A stretch of DNA of 64,000 nucleotides. It comes from an uncultured Candidatus Rokubacteria bacterium. Lineage in GTDB: Bacteria; Methylomirabilota; Methylomirabilia; Rokubacteriales; DASRDR01. A program made the translations under genes and the position numbers. This document shows, in pieces, positions 51,669 through 60,844 of this stretch. Location: assembly GCA_963826115.1 (NCBI GenBank), contig CAWGVS010000010.1, positions 224,001-288,000 of the forward strand, in the 5' to 3' direction. The notes below the pieces were generated by a model. The model ran no database searches. It had not been told where the DNA came from and was given only the letters and a program-made list of their open reading frames with translations. The stretch's first letter is position 1. The number at the start of each line of letters is the position of its first letter.

Positions 51669-52696
51669 TGGAGGCTCTGGAGGTAGGCGACCAGCGCGGC
51701 CACCTGATCGTCGGTCAGCGACTGGTCCGGCATCAGGGAGCCGGGTTTCACCGCCCGCGCGTGCCGCACCCATCGCGCGAGGCTCTCGGGCGTGTTCGGG
51801 AGGATGCCGCCCGCGAGGGTCCGCCGCGAGCCCACGTGCGTGAGGTCGGGTCCGATCCCGCCGCCCGAGACGCCGCGAATCGTGTGACAGCCGACGCAGG
51901 TGCCGGTCCGGAAGAGCTGGAGCCCGAGCGCCGCGGGCGACCCGTCGGGCGGAGTCGGGGCCGGCTCCTTCTGCTTCGCCACCCACGCCTGGAACGCCTC
52001 GGGCGCCTCCACGACGGCGAAGTGCCGCATGTTGGCGTGGGAGACGCCGCAGAACTCCGCGCACTGACCGTAGTACACCCCGGGGGTGTCCGCGGTGAGC
52101 ACGATGCGCGTCCGGGTACCGGGCATCGCGTCGCGCTTGCCGCCGAGGCCCGGGACCCAGAAGCTGTGGATCACGTCGACGCTGCCGATCTCGAGGCTCA
52201 CCGGCCGGCCGGCCGGCAGGTGGAGATCGCTCGCGGTCACGATCCCGAGCTCCGGGTACTGGAACTCCCACCACCACTGGTGGCCGATCACCTTCACGCG
52301 AAGCGCGTCCTTGGGCGGCGCGGCCTGCGTCCGGAAGATCGCCGACACGGTCGGGAAGGCGATGAACGTGAGGATCACCGCGGGGATGAGCGTCCAGATG
52401 ATCTCGAGCATCGCGCTGCCCCGGACCTGCCGGGGGATCGCCTTCGGGTCGCGCTCGCGGAACCGGAACACGGCGACCAGGAGGAGCACCTGCACGATGA
52501 GGAAGATCGCCGTGTCCCACCGGAGGATCTGCATGAAGATGCGATGCGAGAGCCAGGCGAAGTCCGATCGCGGCAGGAGGGTGGTCGCCGGCGAGTCGAG
52601 GAGGCCGCACCCGGCCAGCAAGAGGCCGAAGGCCAGCGCCCCGAGTCGCAAGACCGGGGTCGGCCGCGCGCGCCTGAGGGCCGGTGTCGAGTCCAT
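51665..52696 (-). CDS. ctaC: Cytochrome c oxidase subunit II with fused cytochrome c
   Basis: GHQWWW, DVIHSFW, CuA motif CAEFCGVSHANM and heme motif CVGCH. Lipobox LAGC. Confidence 0.93.
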   Translation of the reverse strand: MDSTPALRRARPTPVLRLGALAFGLLLAGCGLLDSPATTLLPRSDFAWLSHRIFMQILRWDTAIFLIVQVLLLVAVFRFRERDPKAIPRQVRGSAMLEIIWTLIPAVILTFIAFPTVSAIFRTQAAPPKDALRVKVIGHQWWWEFQYPELGIVTASDLHLPAGRPVSLEIGSVDVIHSFWVPGLGGKRDAMPGTRTRIVLTADTPGVYYGQCAEFCGVSHANMRHFAVVEAPEAFQAWVAKQKEPAPTPPDGSPAALGLQLFRTGTCVGCHTIRGVSGGGIGPDLTHVGSRRTLAGGILPNTPESLARWVRHARAVKPGSLMPDQSLTDDQVAALVAYLQSLQ

Positions 52697-52902
52697 GTCG
52701 AGAGCGATCGGAGGAAGTCCGATCAACGGGCGCCGGGGGACAGCCTAGCGCAAACGCATCGGGCCTGCCAGGGCGCGTTGGCCGTCCGGACCCGGCGCAA
52801 CGAGGCACGCGGCCGCGCGCGCCTCGGCACGGGCCCGGGTCTTGCTACACTCCGAGATGGATGCGGTCTCACGCCGAATCTCGCCGCTCCGAGGCTCCCG
52901 CG

Positions 52903-54894
52903 ATGGTGTCGGAAGGGACACGCCCCGTCGACGGCGCCGTCCGGCTCGACCTCGACGCCGGCCTCCGTCGACTGGGCTACGCCGACTTCCGGCCCGGTCA
53001 GCGGGAGGCCATCGAAGAGCTCCTCACCGTCGGGCGTCTCCTCCTCGTCGCGCCGACCGGAGGAGGCAAGAGCCTCGTCTACCAGCTCCCCGCCGTGCTC
53101 CTCGACGGGACCACGCTGGTCGTGTCGCCGCTCATCTCCCTCATGCAGGACCAGGTGCGCGCCCTCGAGTCGCGCGGCATCGCGGCCACCTACCTGGCCT
53201 CGACGCTCGACCCTGGCGAGATGCGGCGACGGCTGGCCCAGCTCGAGGCCCGACGTCTCGCCATCGCCTACGTCGCCCCCGAGCGGCTCGCCTATCCCGG
53301 ATTCCTGGCGCTCCTCCGGCGACTCGCGTGTCCGCTGGTCGCCATCGACGAGGCCCACTGCATCAGCGAGTGGGGCCACGATTTCCGCCCCGAGTACCTC
53401 CAACTGGGGGCCGTCCTGGCCGAGCTCGGGGCGCCACGCGTGCTCGCGTGCACGGCCACCGCGACGCCGGTCGTCCGCGACGAGATCCTGGCTCGGCTCC
53501 GCCTTCCCGCCGGCACGCCGCAGATCGTGCAGGGCTTCGCGCGACCCAACCTCGCGCTGCGCGCGGCGGAGGTGGACGGCAACCCGAGCCGCGCCCTGCG
53601 GGTGGATGCCCTACTTGCCGAGGCGCTCCGGCAGCCCGGGGCAGGGGCCGGGGCGGCGATCGTCTATGCGGCGACCCGGCGGGAGACCGAGTCGGAGTGC
53701 GCGCGCCTGGCGGCGGGCGGCTGGAACGTCGCCGCCTACCACGCGGGTCTGGACGGCCGGCGGCGCGACCTCGTCCAACGAGCCTTCTCGGAGGGGCGGG
53801 TGGAGGTCGTCGTCGCCACGAACGCCTTCGGCATGGGGATCGACCGGGCCGACGTCCGGGCCGTGGTGCATCTGACGCCGCCCGGGTCGATCGAGGCGTA
53901 CTACCAGGAGGTGGGCCGGGCAGGGCGCGACGGAAGGCCGGCGGTCGGACTGCTCCTCACTGGTCCCGGAGACATGGCGCTCCGACGGCGCCTCATCGAG
54001 CGAGCCGCTGACGGCGAGGTCGTCGACGAGGCGGCGATCGAGCACAAATGGACCCTGTTCCTGGAGCTCATGCGCTGGACGGAGGGCGGCAGCTGCCGAC
54101 ACGACGCCATCCTGCGCTACTTCGGTGACGAGGCGGAGGCCCTCGACGGCTGCGGGCGCTGCGACGAGTGCCTGACCTTCCGCCGCGTGGAGGACGCCGA
54201 TCCGGCCGCGACGACGCTCGTCGTACGCAAGGCCCTCAGTGGCGTGGCCCGCGTCAGTGGACGGTTCGGCATCCAGCTGGCGGTGAAGCTCATCCGGGGA
54301 GAAGCCGATCCCCGGCTCGAGCGGGCCGGTCTCACCTCGACGCCGACGTTCGGCAACCTCAAGGCGCATTCGGCCGCCTGGCTCCTGAGCCTGCTCCGAC
54401 GGTGCGTGACCGCGGGGTGGGCGACCTTCAGCGGCGGCGACCGACCCGTGCTGGTGCTGACCGAGGACGGGCGCCTGGTCATGCGGGGCGAGCGGCCGGC
54501 TCGCCTCCGGTTGCCTCCGGCCGCGGCCGGGCGAGCGCCGCGGCGGGCGTCGGTCTCGACGCAGACCGGCGGCCCGCGCGGCGCGACGACCGGAGCCGCT
54601 CCGGGCGGGGAGTCGGGACCCCGGCCGGCTCCCGTCGAGGCCGACCCGATCGCGCGCGACATCTTCGAGGCCCTCCGGCAGCACCGGCTGGCGTTGGCGC
54701 GCGAGGAGGGGCTGCCGCCGTACGTGATCGCGAGCGACCGGACACTCCGGGAGGTGGCCGAGCTCCGGCCGCGCACCCTCGCCGACCTGCGGCTCGCCCA
54801 CGGCATCGGCCCGCACAAGGTCGACCGCTACGGGGCGGGGCTCCTGGCCGTCGTGGCGGGAATCCTGACGGCGCGCGACGCCGGATCGGCCTGA
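52903..54894 (+). CDS. recQ: ATP-dependent DNA helicase RecQ
   Basis: PTGGGKS, DEAHCISEWGHDFRPEY, ATNAFGMGID, QEVGRAGRDG, Zn motif CGRCDEC, RQC and HRDC regions. Confidence 0.92.
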   Translation: MVSEGTRPVDGAVRLDLDAGLRRLGYADFRPGQREAIEELLTVGRLLLVAPTGGGKSLVYQLPAVLLDGTTLVVSPLISLMQDQVRALESRGIAATYLASTLDPGEMRRRLAQLEARRLAIAYVAPERLAYPGFLALLRRLACPLVAIDEAHCISEWGHDFRPEYLQLGAVLAELGAPRVLACTATATPVVRDEILARLRLPAGTPQIVQGFARPNLALRAAEVDGNPSRALRVDALLAEALRQPGAGAGAAIVYAATRRETESECARLAAGGWNVAAYHAGLDGRRRDLVQRAFSEGRVEVVVATNAFGMGIDRADVRAVVHLTPPGSIEAYYQEVGRAGRDGRPAVGLLLTGPGDMALRRRLIERAADGEVVDEAAIEHKWTLFLELMRWTEGGSCRHDAILRYFGDEAEALDGCGRCDECLTFRRVEDADPAATTLVVRKALSGVARVSGRFGIQLAVKLIRGEADPRLERAGLTSTPTFGNLKAHSAAWLLSLLRRCVTAGWATFSGGDRPVLVLTEDGRLVMRGERPARLRLPPAAAGRAPRRASVSTQTGGPRGATTGAAPGGESGPRPAPVEADPIARDIFEALRQHRLALAREEGLPPYVIASDRTLREVAELRPRTLADLRLAHGIGPHKVDRYGAGLLAVVAGILTARDAGSA

Positions 54895-54984
54895 ACGGTC
54901 GCCCGCGCTCCGATTCGCGGCGGCGACGCGGGTCGGGGGGACTCACCGGCGGTCTCGCCCCGAGCGAGGTCGCCGGTCCTGGCG

Positions 54985-55827
54985 TCAGTGCATGACGGTG
55001 CCCCCGGCGAGGTTGATGGCCTGGCCGGTGACGTAGGCGGACGCGTCCGATCCGAGGAAGGCGGCCAGCTCCGCGACGTCCTCGGCGCTCGCGACGCGCC
55101 CGAGGGGGATCTGGGCGGCCCGGTCGGCGAGCGCGCGCGCGTGGAGCGCGGGGTCGTAGCTCCCGTCCGCGCGCCGTCCGAGAAAGTCGAGCCGGTCGGT
55201 GTCCGCCGAGCCGGGGCAGATCGCGTTCACCGTGATGCGATGGGGTGCGAGCTCCATCGCGAGCGCCTGCGTGAGCCCGATCACGCCGAACTTCGAGGCG
55301 CAGTACGCGGCGAGCCGCGCGTAACCCACCTTCCCGCAGTTCGAGGACATGTTGACGATCCGGCCCGGCGTCCCGCGCGCCACCATGAGCCCGGCGACGG
55401 CCTTGCTGCAGAGGTACGTCCCCGTCAGGTTGGTCTCGAGCACCACGTGCCACGCCTCCTCCGGCAGCTCGACCACCGGGACGCGGTCGGCGCCGGGCGG
55501 GGCGGCGGCGTTGTTGACGAGGATGTCGATCCGGCCGAACGTCCGGTCGGCCAGGTCGACGGCGCGCTGGATCTGGTCGGCGGCCCGCACGTCGACCAGG
55601 GCCGTCACGGCCCGGCGGCCGGCCTGGCGGACCTCGTCGGCCACGGCGTCGAGCCCGCGCCACCCGCCGGCGGGCTTCGTGGCCACGACGCGAGTGCCGG
55701 CCGGCGCGACGTCCGTGAGGACGAGGTCCGCGCCCTCGGCCGCCAGCCGCCGGGCGATCGCCCGGCCGAACCCGCGCTCGCCTCCGCTTCCCGTCACCAT
55801 CGCCACCTTGCCCTCGAGACGGCCCAT
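54985..55827 (-). CDS. Short-chain dehydrogenase/reductase
   Basis: VTGSG...GFG, ILVNNA, YCASK and VNAICPG. Confidence 0.92.
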   Translation of the reverse strand: MGRLEGKVAMVTGSGGERGFGRAIARRLAAEGADLVLTDVAPAGTRVVATKPAGGWRGLDAVADEVRQAGRRAVTALVDVRAADQIQRAVDLADRTFGRIDILVNNAAAPPGADRVPVVELPEEAWHVVLETNLTGTYLCSKAVAGLMVARGTPGRIVNMSSNCGKVGYARLAAYCASKFGVIGLTQALAMELAPHRITVNAICPGSADTDRLDFLGRRADGSYDPALHARALADRAAQIPLGRVASAEDVAELAAFLGSDASAYVTGQAINLAGGTVMH

Positions 55828-55950
55828 CCGGAGACCCCCTGTGCTCGGCGCTGGTCGAATTTTCGGCGGCCATCATACCGTGCGTTGGCTGTGGTACGCT
55901 CGCCCCGCACGCCGGGCGGGCCCGAGGACGCTGGGTGCGGAGGTCCTCGC

Positions 55951-56616
55951 GTGAGCGTGACGCCTCTCGGTCAGGAGTCGGTGCCGGGCCGCGTGGTCCG
56001 GGTGATGGAGATTCCCGCGCGCCACGGCGCCGCGGTCGAGGTCGCCCGCGGGCTCGTGCTGCGCGTGATCGACGTCGAGGGCCAGCAGGTCGGCGACTTC
56101 GTCTGCTTCAACCGGGACGACCTCGACGAGCGGTACTCGCCTCAGAACACCGTGCTCTTCAACCGCACGATCTACCCGAAGGCGGGCGCCGCGCTCGTCT
56201 CCGACCGCGGACGGCCCATGATGCGCCTCGTCGCCGACACCGTGGGCATCCACGACCTCATCTGCGGGTCGTGCAGCGAGGAGTACTACCGGAACCGCCT
56301 CGACTACACGGGCCCGCACCGGAGCTGCCGCTCGAACCTGGCCGAGGCGTTGGCGCCCTGGGGCATCGAGCTCCAGGATGTGCCGTTCTCGTTCAACTTC
56401 TTCATGCAGTGGCCGGTGCAGCCCGACGGGGCGGTGCGGCCCATGGCGGCGCCCTCGCGGGCGGGCGACTACGTCGACCTCCTCGCCGAGATGGACGTGC
56501 TCGCGGCGAACTCCGCGTGCCCCTCGGACATCACGCCCACCAACGCCCACCGCCCGACGTCCATGCGGTTCGTGCTCTACGAGCCGGATCCCGGAGCCGC
56601 CGGGGCCGCCCGCTGA
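55951..56616 (+). CDS. Urea carboxylase-associated family protein (DUF1989)
   Basis: DVEGQQVGDF, HDLICGSC, SCRSNL, FNFFM, GDYVDLLAEMD and SACP. Confidence 0.87.
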   Translation: MSVTPLGQESVPGRVVRVMEIPARHGAAVEVARGLVLRVIDVEGQQVGDFVCFNRDDLDERYSPQNTVLFNRTIYPKAGAALVSDRGRPMMRLVADTVGIHDLICGSCSEEYYRNRLDYTGPHRSCRSNLAEALAPWGIELQDVPFSFNFFMQWPVQPDGAVRPMAAPSRAGDYVDLLAEMDVLAANSACPSDITPTNAHRPTSMRFVLYEPDPGAAGAAR

Positions 56617-56621
56617 CGCGC

Positions 56622-58051
<1,430 letters not shown>

Positions 58052-58061
<10 letters not shown>

Positions 58062-58206
58062 ACTGTGCACCCTGCACTGTCTAGTGTGCAGCGTGGCATA
58101 ACATATTGATTCTGAACGAGTAATCACGCCGGAGGTCCCGTCGGGGCGCTCACTCCCGTGTAGGAAGTGCACAAGAAACAGTGCACCGTGAACTAGTGAC
58201 GATACA
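58052..58206. promoter_or_regulatory. Enhancer-like palindromes TGCAC-N8-GTGCA (candidate bEBP binding sites)
   Basis: Perfect sites at 58052-58069, 58073-58090 and 58168-58185. Degenerate TGAAC-N8-ATACA at 58189-58206. They form two pairs, each 21 bp apart. Confidence 0.75.
58099..58111 (-). promoter_or_regulatory. IHF consensus site
   Basis: The minus strand reads AATCAATATGTTA, an exact match to WATCAANNNNTTR. Confidence 0.6.
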
Positions 58207-58285
58207 CCCCACCTGCTGTCGCTCCGATTCGGATTCATCCGTAACGGCCAGCACTTAGATCTCCGAAGCGGGCTCGGATCCCCCG

Positions 58286-58301
58286 TGGCCCCGCCATTGC
58301 T
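58286..58301 (+). promoter_or_regulatory. Sigma-54 -24/-12 promoter for the peptide array
   Basis: TGGCCCCGCCATTGCT has GG and GC at the canonical spacing (TGGCNC-N5-TTGCW), about 60 bp before the first peptide ATG. Confidence 0.75.
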
Positions 58302-58363
58302 CTCCGAGCCTGCGACACCCACACAAGGCGTCCCGTCTCGGGACGCATGGAGGAGGCCTGCCC

Positions 58364-58510
58364 ATGACCAAGAAGCTCACCGCAATCCTGGCGCTCATCG
58401 CGTCGTTCCTGCTGGTCGCGCCCGTGCTCGAGTCCGGGACGCCGAACCAGGTCCACGTCTTCCAAGCGGTCGGCGACGCGTGCGACAGCGGCGGTGGCGG
58501 CGGCTGGTAA
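58364..58510 (+). CDS. Small secreted peptide precursor 1 (48 aa; missing from the ORF track)
   Basis: GGAGGAGG RBS. MTKKLTAILALIASFLLVAPVLESGTPNQVHVFQAVGDACDSGGGGGW-TAA. Confidence 0.88.
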   Translation: MTKKLTAILALIASFLLVAPVLESGTPNQVHVFQAVGDACDSGGGGGW

Positions 58511-58580
58511 GCCCGGGTCCGATGCGGCGATTCCGAACCCAGTCCGAACCTGGTGGCGCGCTGCGGCGCGCCGGGAGGCC

Positions 58581-58727
58581 ATGATGGCAAGACTATTGGC
58601 GGCGCTGGTGGTGGTGGTGTCCTTCCTGCTCGTGGCGCCCGTGATCGAGTCCGGGACCCCGAGCCACGTGCACGTCTTCCAGGCGGTCGGCGACGCGTGC
58701 GACAGCGGCGGTGGCGGCGGCTGGTAG
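58581..58727 (+). CDS. Small secreted peptide precursor 2 (48 aa)
   Basis: GGAGG RBS. MMARLLAALVVVVSFLLVAPVIESGTPSHVHVFQAVGDACDSGGGGGW-TAG. Confidence 0.88.
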   Translation: MMARLLAALVVVVSFLLVAPVIESGTPSHVHVFQAVGDACDSGGGGGW

Positions 58728-58798
58728 GCCCGGGCCCGGTGCGACGACTCTCAACCCCTTTCCGAACCCAGAGGCGCGCGACGGCGCGCATGGAGGCC

Positions 58799-58945
58799 AT
58801 GATGGCGAGACTATTGGCGGTGCTGACGGTGGTGGTGTCCTTCCTGCTCGTGGCGCCGGTGATCGAGTCCGGGACGCCGAACCAGGTCCACGTGTTCCAG
58901 GCGATCGGCAACGCCTCCGACAGCGGTGGTGGCGGCGGCTGGTAG
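58799..58945 (+). CDS. Small secreted peptide precursor 3 (48 aa)
   Basis: GGAGG RBS. MMARLLAVLTVVVSFLLVAPVIESGTPNQVHVFQAIGNASDSGGGGGW-TAG. Confidence 0.88.
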   Translation: MMARLLAVLTVVVSFLLVAPVIESGTPNQVHVFQAIGNASDSGGGGGW

Positions 58946-59016
58946 GCCCGGGCCCGATGCGGCGACTCTCAACCCCTTTCCGAACCCAGAGGCGCGCGGC
59001 GGTGCGCTTGGAGGCT

Positions 59017-59163
59017 ATGATGGCGAAGTTATGGGTCGTGCTCGCGGTAATGGTGTCCTTCCTGCTCGTGGCGCCGGTGATCGAGTCCGGGACCCCGAGT
59101 CACGCGCGTGTGTTCCAGGCCGTGGGCGACGCCTGCGACAGCGGCGGCGGCGGCGGCTGGTAA
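59017..59163 (+). CDS. Small secreted peptide precursor 4 (48 aa)
   Basis: GGAGG RBS. MMAKLWVVLAVMVSFLLVAPVIESGTPSHARVFQAVGDACDSGGGGGW-TAA. Confidence 0.88.
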   Translation: MMAKLWVVLAVMVSFLLVAPVIESGTPSHARVFQAVGDACDSGGGGGW

Positions 59164-59180
59164 CCTCTCCGCAGGTTCGA

Positions 59181-60833
59181 ATGCGTCTCGCCGGGGCGGG
59201 ACCCCGCCCGCGACGCGGGCGGCAGGCCGCGGGTCTCCTCCTCGGGGCGATCGCGGGGGCGCTCTGGCTCTCGCTGGGCCTCTGGCCGTCGATGGCCGAG
59301 GCCCAGGAGCGCCCGCCGGCCCAGGCGGGCGGAGTGTACCGTCGCCCGCTCGGCAACGACCCGGCGACCCTCGACCCCGCTCGTCTGCGGGACATCTACA
59401 GTCTCGCGGTCGGGCAGCAGCTCTTCGACGGGCTGGTCCAGTTCGACCAGACGCTGAACATCACCCCGGCGCTGGCGCAGTTCTGGGTCGCCTCGCGTGA
59501 CTGGCTGACCTGGACCTTCACGCTGCGGAAGGGGGTCAAGTTCCACCACGGACGCGAGGTCACCTCGGACGACGTCGTGTACTCGTTCACGCGCCTCCTG
59601 GATCCCCGCCTGCGCTCGGGCGGGGCGGACCACTTCATGACGATCCAGGGGGCGCCGGAGTTCCGGGAAGGGAAGGCCAAGCAGGTCGCCGGCCTGGCGG
59701 CTCTCGATCGCTACACGGTGCGCGTCACCCTCACCGAGGCGTCGGTGCCGTTCGTCTCCATCCTCGCGGTCGGCCAGGCGAAGATCGTGCCGCGGGAGCT
59801 GGTCGAAGAGCAGGGGGAGGCGTTTGGGCTCCAGCCGGTGGGAACCGGCCCCTTCAAGTTCGTCCGCTGGGAGCGCGGGAAGGAGATCGTTCTCGCGGCC
59901 AATCCCGACTACTTCGACGGGCCGCCGAAGCTCGCGCGGCTCGTGTTTCGCATCTTTCCGGGCGAGCGCCTCGACAGCGTGTTCGCGGACTTCCAGGCCG
60001 GGAACCTCGAGGACAGCCCGATCCCGTCCAAGGACTACCGCCAGATCATTGCGAGCCAGGCCTACCAGTACTTCCGCCGGCCGATCTTCAGCCTGCGGCA
60101 CTACGGGCTCAACACCCGGATGAAGCCGCTGGACGACCGGCGGGTGCGCCAGGCGCTCGTCTACGCCATCGACCGCGAGGCCATCGTCGCGGATCCGTGG
60201 CTCGGCCGCTACGCGCTCGCGCGCGGCATCCTGCCGCCCGGGACGCTCGGGTTCAATCCGAAGCTTCGGGGCTATCCGTACGATCCCCCGCGCGCCCGGG
60301 AGCTCCTGGTCCAGGCGGGCTACCCCGGCGGGAAGGGCCTGCCCCCGATCGCGATCTGGTCCAGCGTACGCTCCGAGGAGATGCTGCGCGAGCACGAGCG
60401 CATCCGGAAGGACCTCGAGGCCGTCGGGGTGACCGCGGAGTTCCAGTACAGCCCGGACTGGCCGACGTACTCCAAGGCCATGTCCGAGCGGAAGCTGCCG
60501 GTCTTCCTCCGGGGCTGGCTCGCCGACGTGCCGGACCCCGAGAACTTCCTGGCCAAGCTCTTCCACTCCGCCAGCCCGTGGAACTACATGGGCTACGCGA
60601 ACGCGACCGTGGACGGCCTCCTCGAGAAGGCCCGGGCCGAGCCGGACGTGCCGCGCCGGGTCGAGGTTTACCGCCGGGCCGAGGAGCTCGTCATGGATGA
60701 CGCGCCCGTGATCCCGGTCTGGCACCAGACCTACGAGCGCCTCTTCCAGCCGTACGTCAAGGGTGTCGAGGTGAGCGGCCTCGGCGACGCGTACATCCCC
60801 TTCCGAAAGGTGTGGCTCGAGCGACCGCGCTGA
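59181..60833 (+). CDS. Orphan peptide-binding protein (ABC family 5 SBP, DppA/OppA-like)
   Basis: Signal peptide ending AEA, DPATLDPA, TWTFTLRKGVKFHHG, PVGTGPFKF and GWLADVPDPENFL. No adjacent permease or ATPase. Confidence 0.92.
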   Translation: MRLAGAGPRPRRGRQAAGLLLGAIAGALWLSLGLWPSMAEAQERPPAQAGGVYRRPLGNDPATLDPARLRDIYSLAVGQQLFDGLVQFDQTLNITPALAQFWVASRDWLTWTFTLRKGVKFHHGREVTSDDVVYSFTRLLDPRLRSGGADHFMTIQGAPEFREGKAKQVAGLAALDRYTVRVTLTEASVPFVSILAVGQAKIVPRELVEEQGEAFGLQPVGTGPFKFVRWERGKEIVLAANPDYFDGPPKLARLVFRIFPGERLDSVFADFQAGNLEDSPIPSKDYRQIIASQAYQYFRRPIFSLRHYGLNTRMKPLDDRRVRQALVYAIDREAIVADPWLGRYALARGILPPGTLGFNPKLRGYPYDPPRARELLVQAGYPGGKGLPPIAIWSSVRSEEMLREHERIRKDLEAVGVTAEFQYSPDWPTYSKAMSERKLPVFLRGWLADVPDPENFLAKLFHSASPWNYMGYANATVDGLLEKARAEPDVPRRVEVYRRAEELVMDDAPVIPVWHQTYERLFQPYVKGVEVSGLGDAYIPFRKVWLERPR

Positions 60834-60844
60834 TCGGGGCTGGG

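Larger units (their letters stand above)
58364..59163 (+). repeat. Tandem array of four ~218-bp units, each a 147-bp peptide gene plus spacer
   Basis: ATGs at 58364, 58581, 58799 and 59017 (periods 217/218/218), with conserved coding and spacer sequence. Confidence 0.95.

Noticed and set aside
58094-58110. TGGCATAACATATTGAT as a sigma-54 promoter
   Set aside because: The GG-to-G spacing is one base too long and the -12 C is missing. The segment is better explained as an IHF site, and a correct -24/-12 lies at 58286.
58364-59163. ~218-bp tandem repeats read as a CRISPR array or non-coding repeat
   Set aside because: The units are too long, have no unique spacers and no cas genes nearby. Each has an RBS and a conserved 48-codon frame with synonymous variation.
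58364-59163. Peptides as canonical AgrD, ComX or a known RiPP class
   Set aside because: No AgrB, ComQ, radical SAM, YcaO, LanM or peptidase-containing exporter is in the window, and there is no acidic AgrD tail. Only analogies can be drawn.
58926-59180. N-terminal extension of the SBP, or a peptide-SBP fusion, suggested by the ORF track
   Set aside because: It is a different frame from peptide 4, which has its own TAA. The SBP signal peptide starts at ATG 59181.
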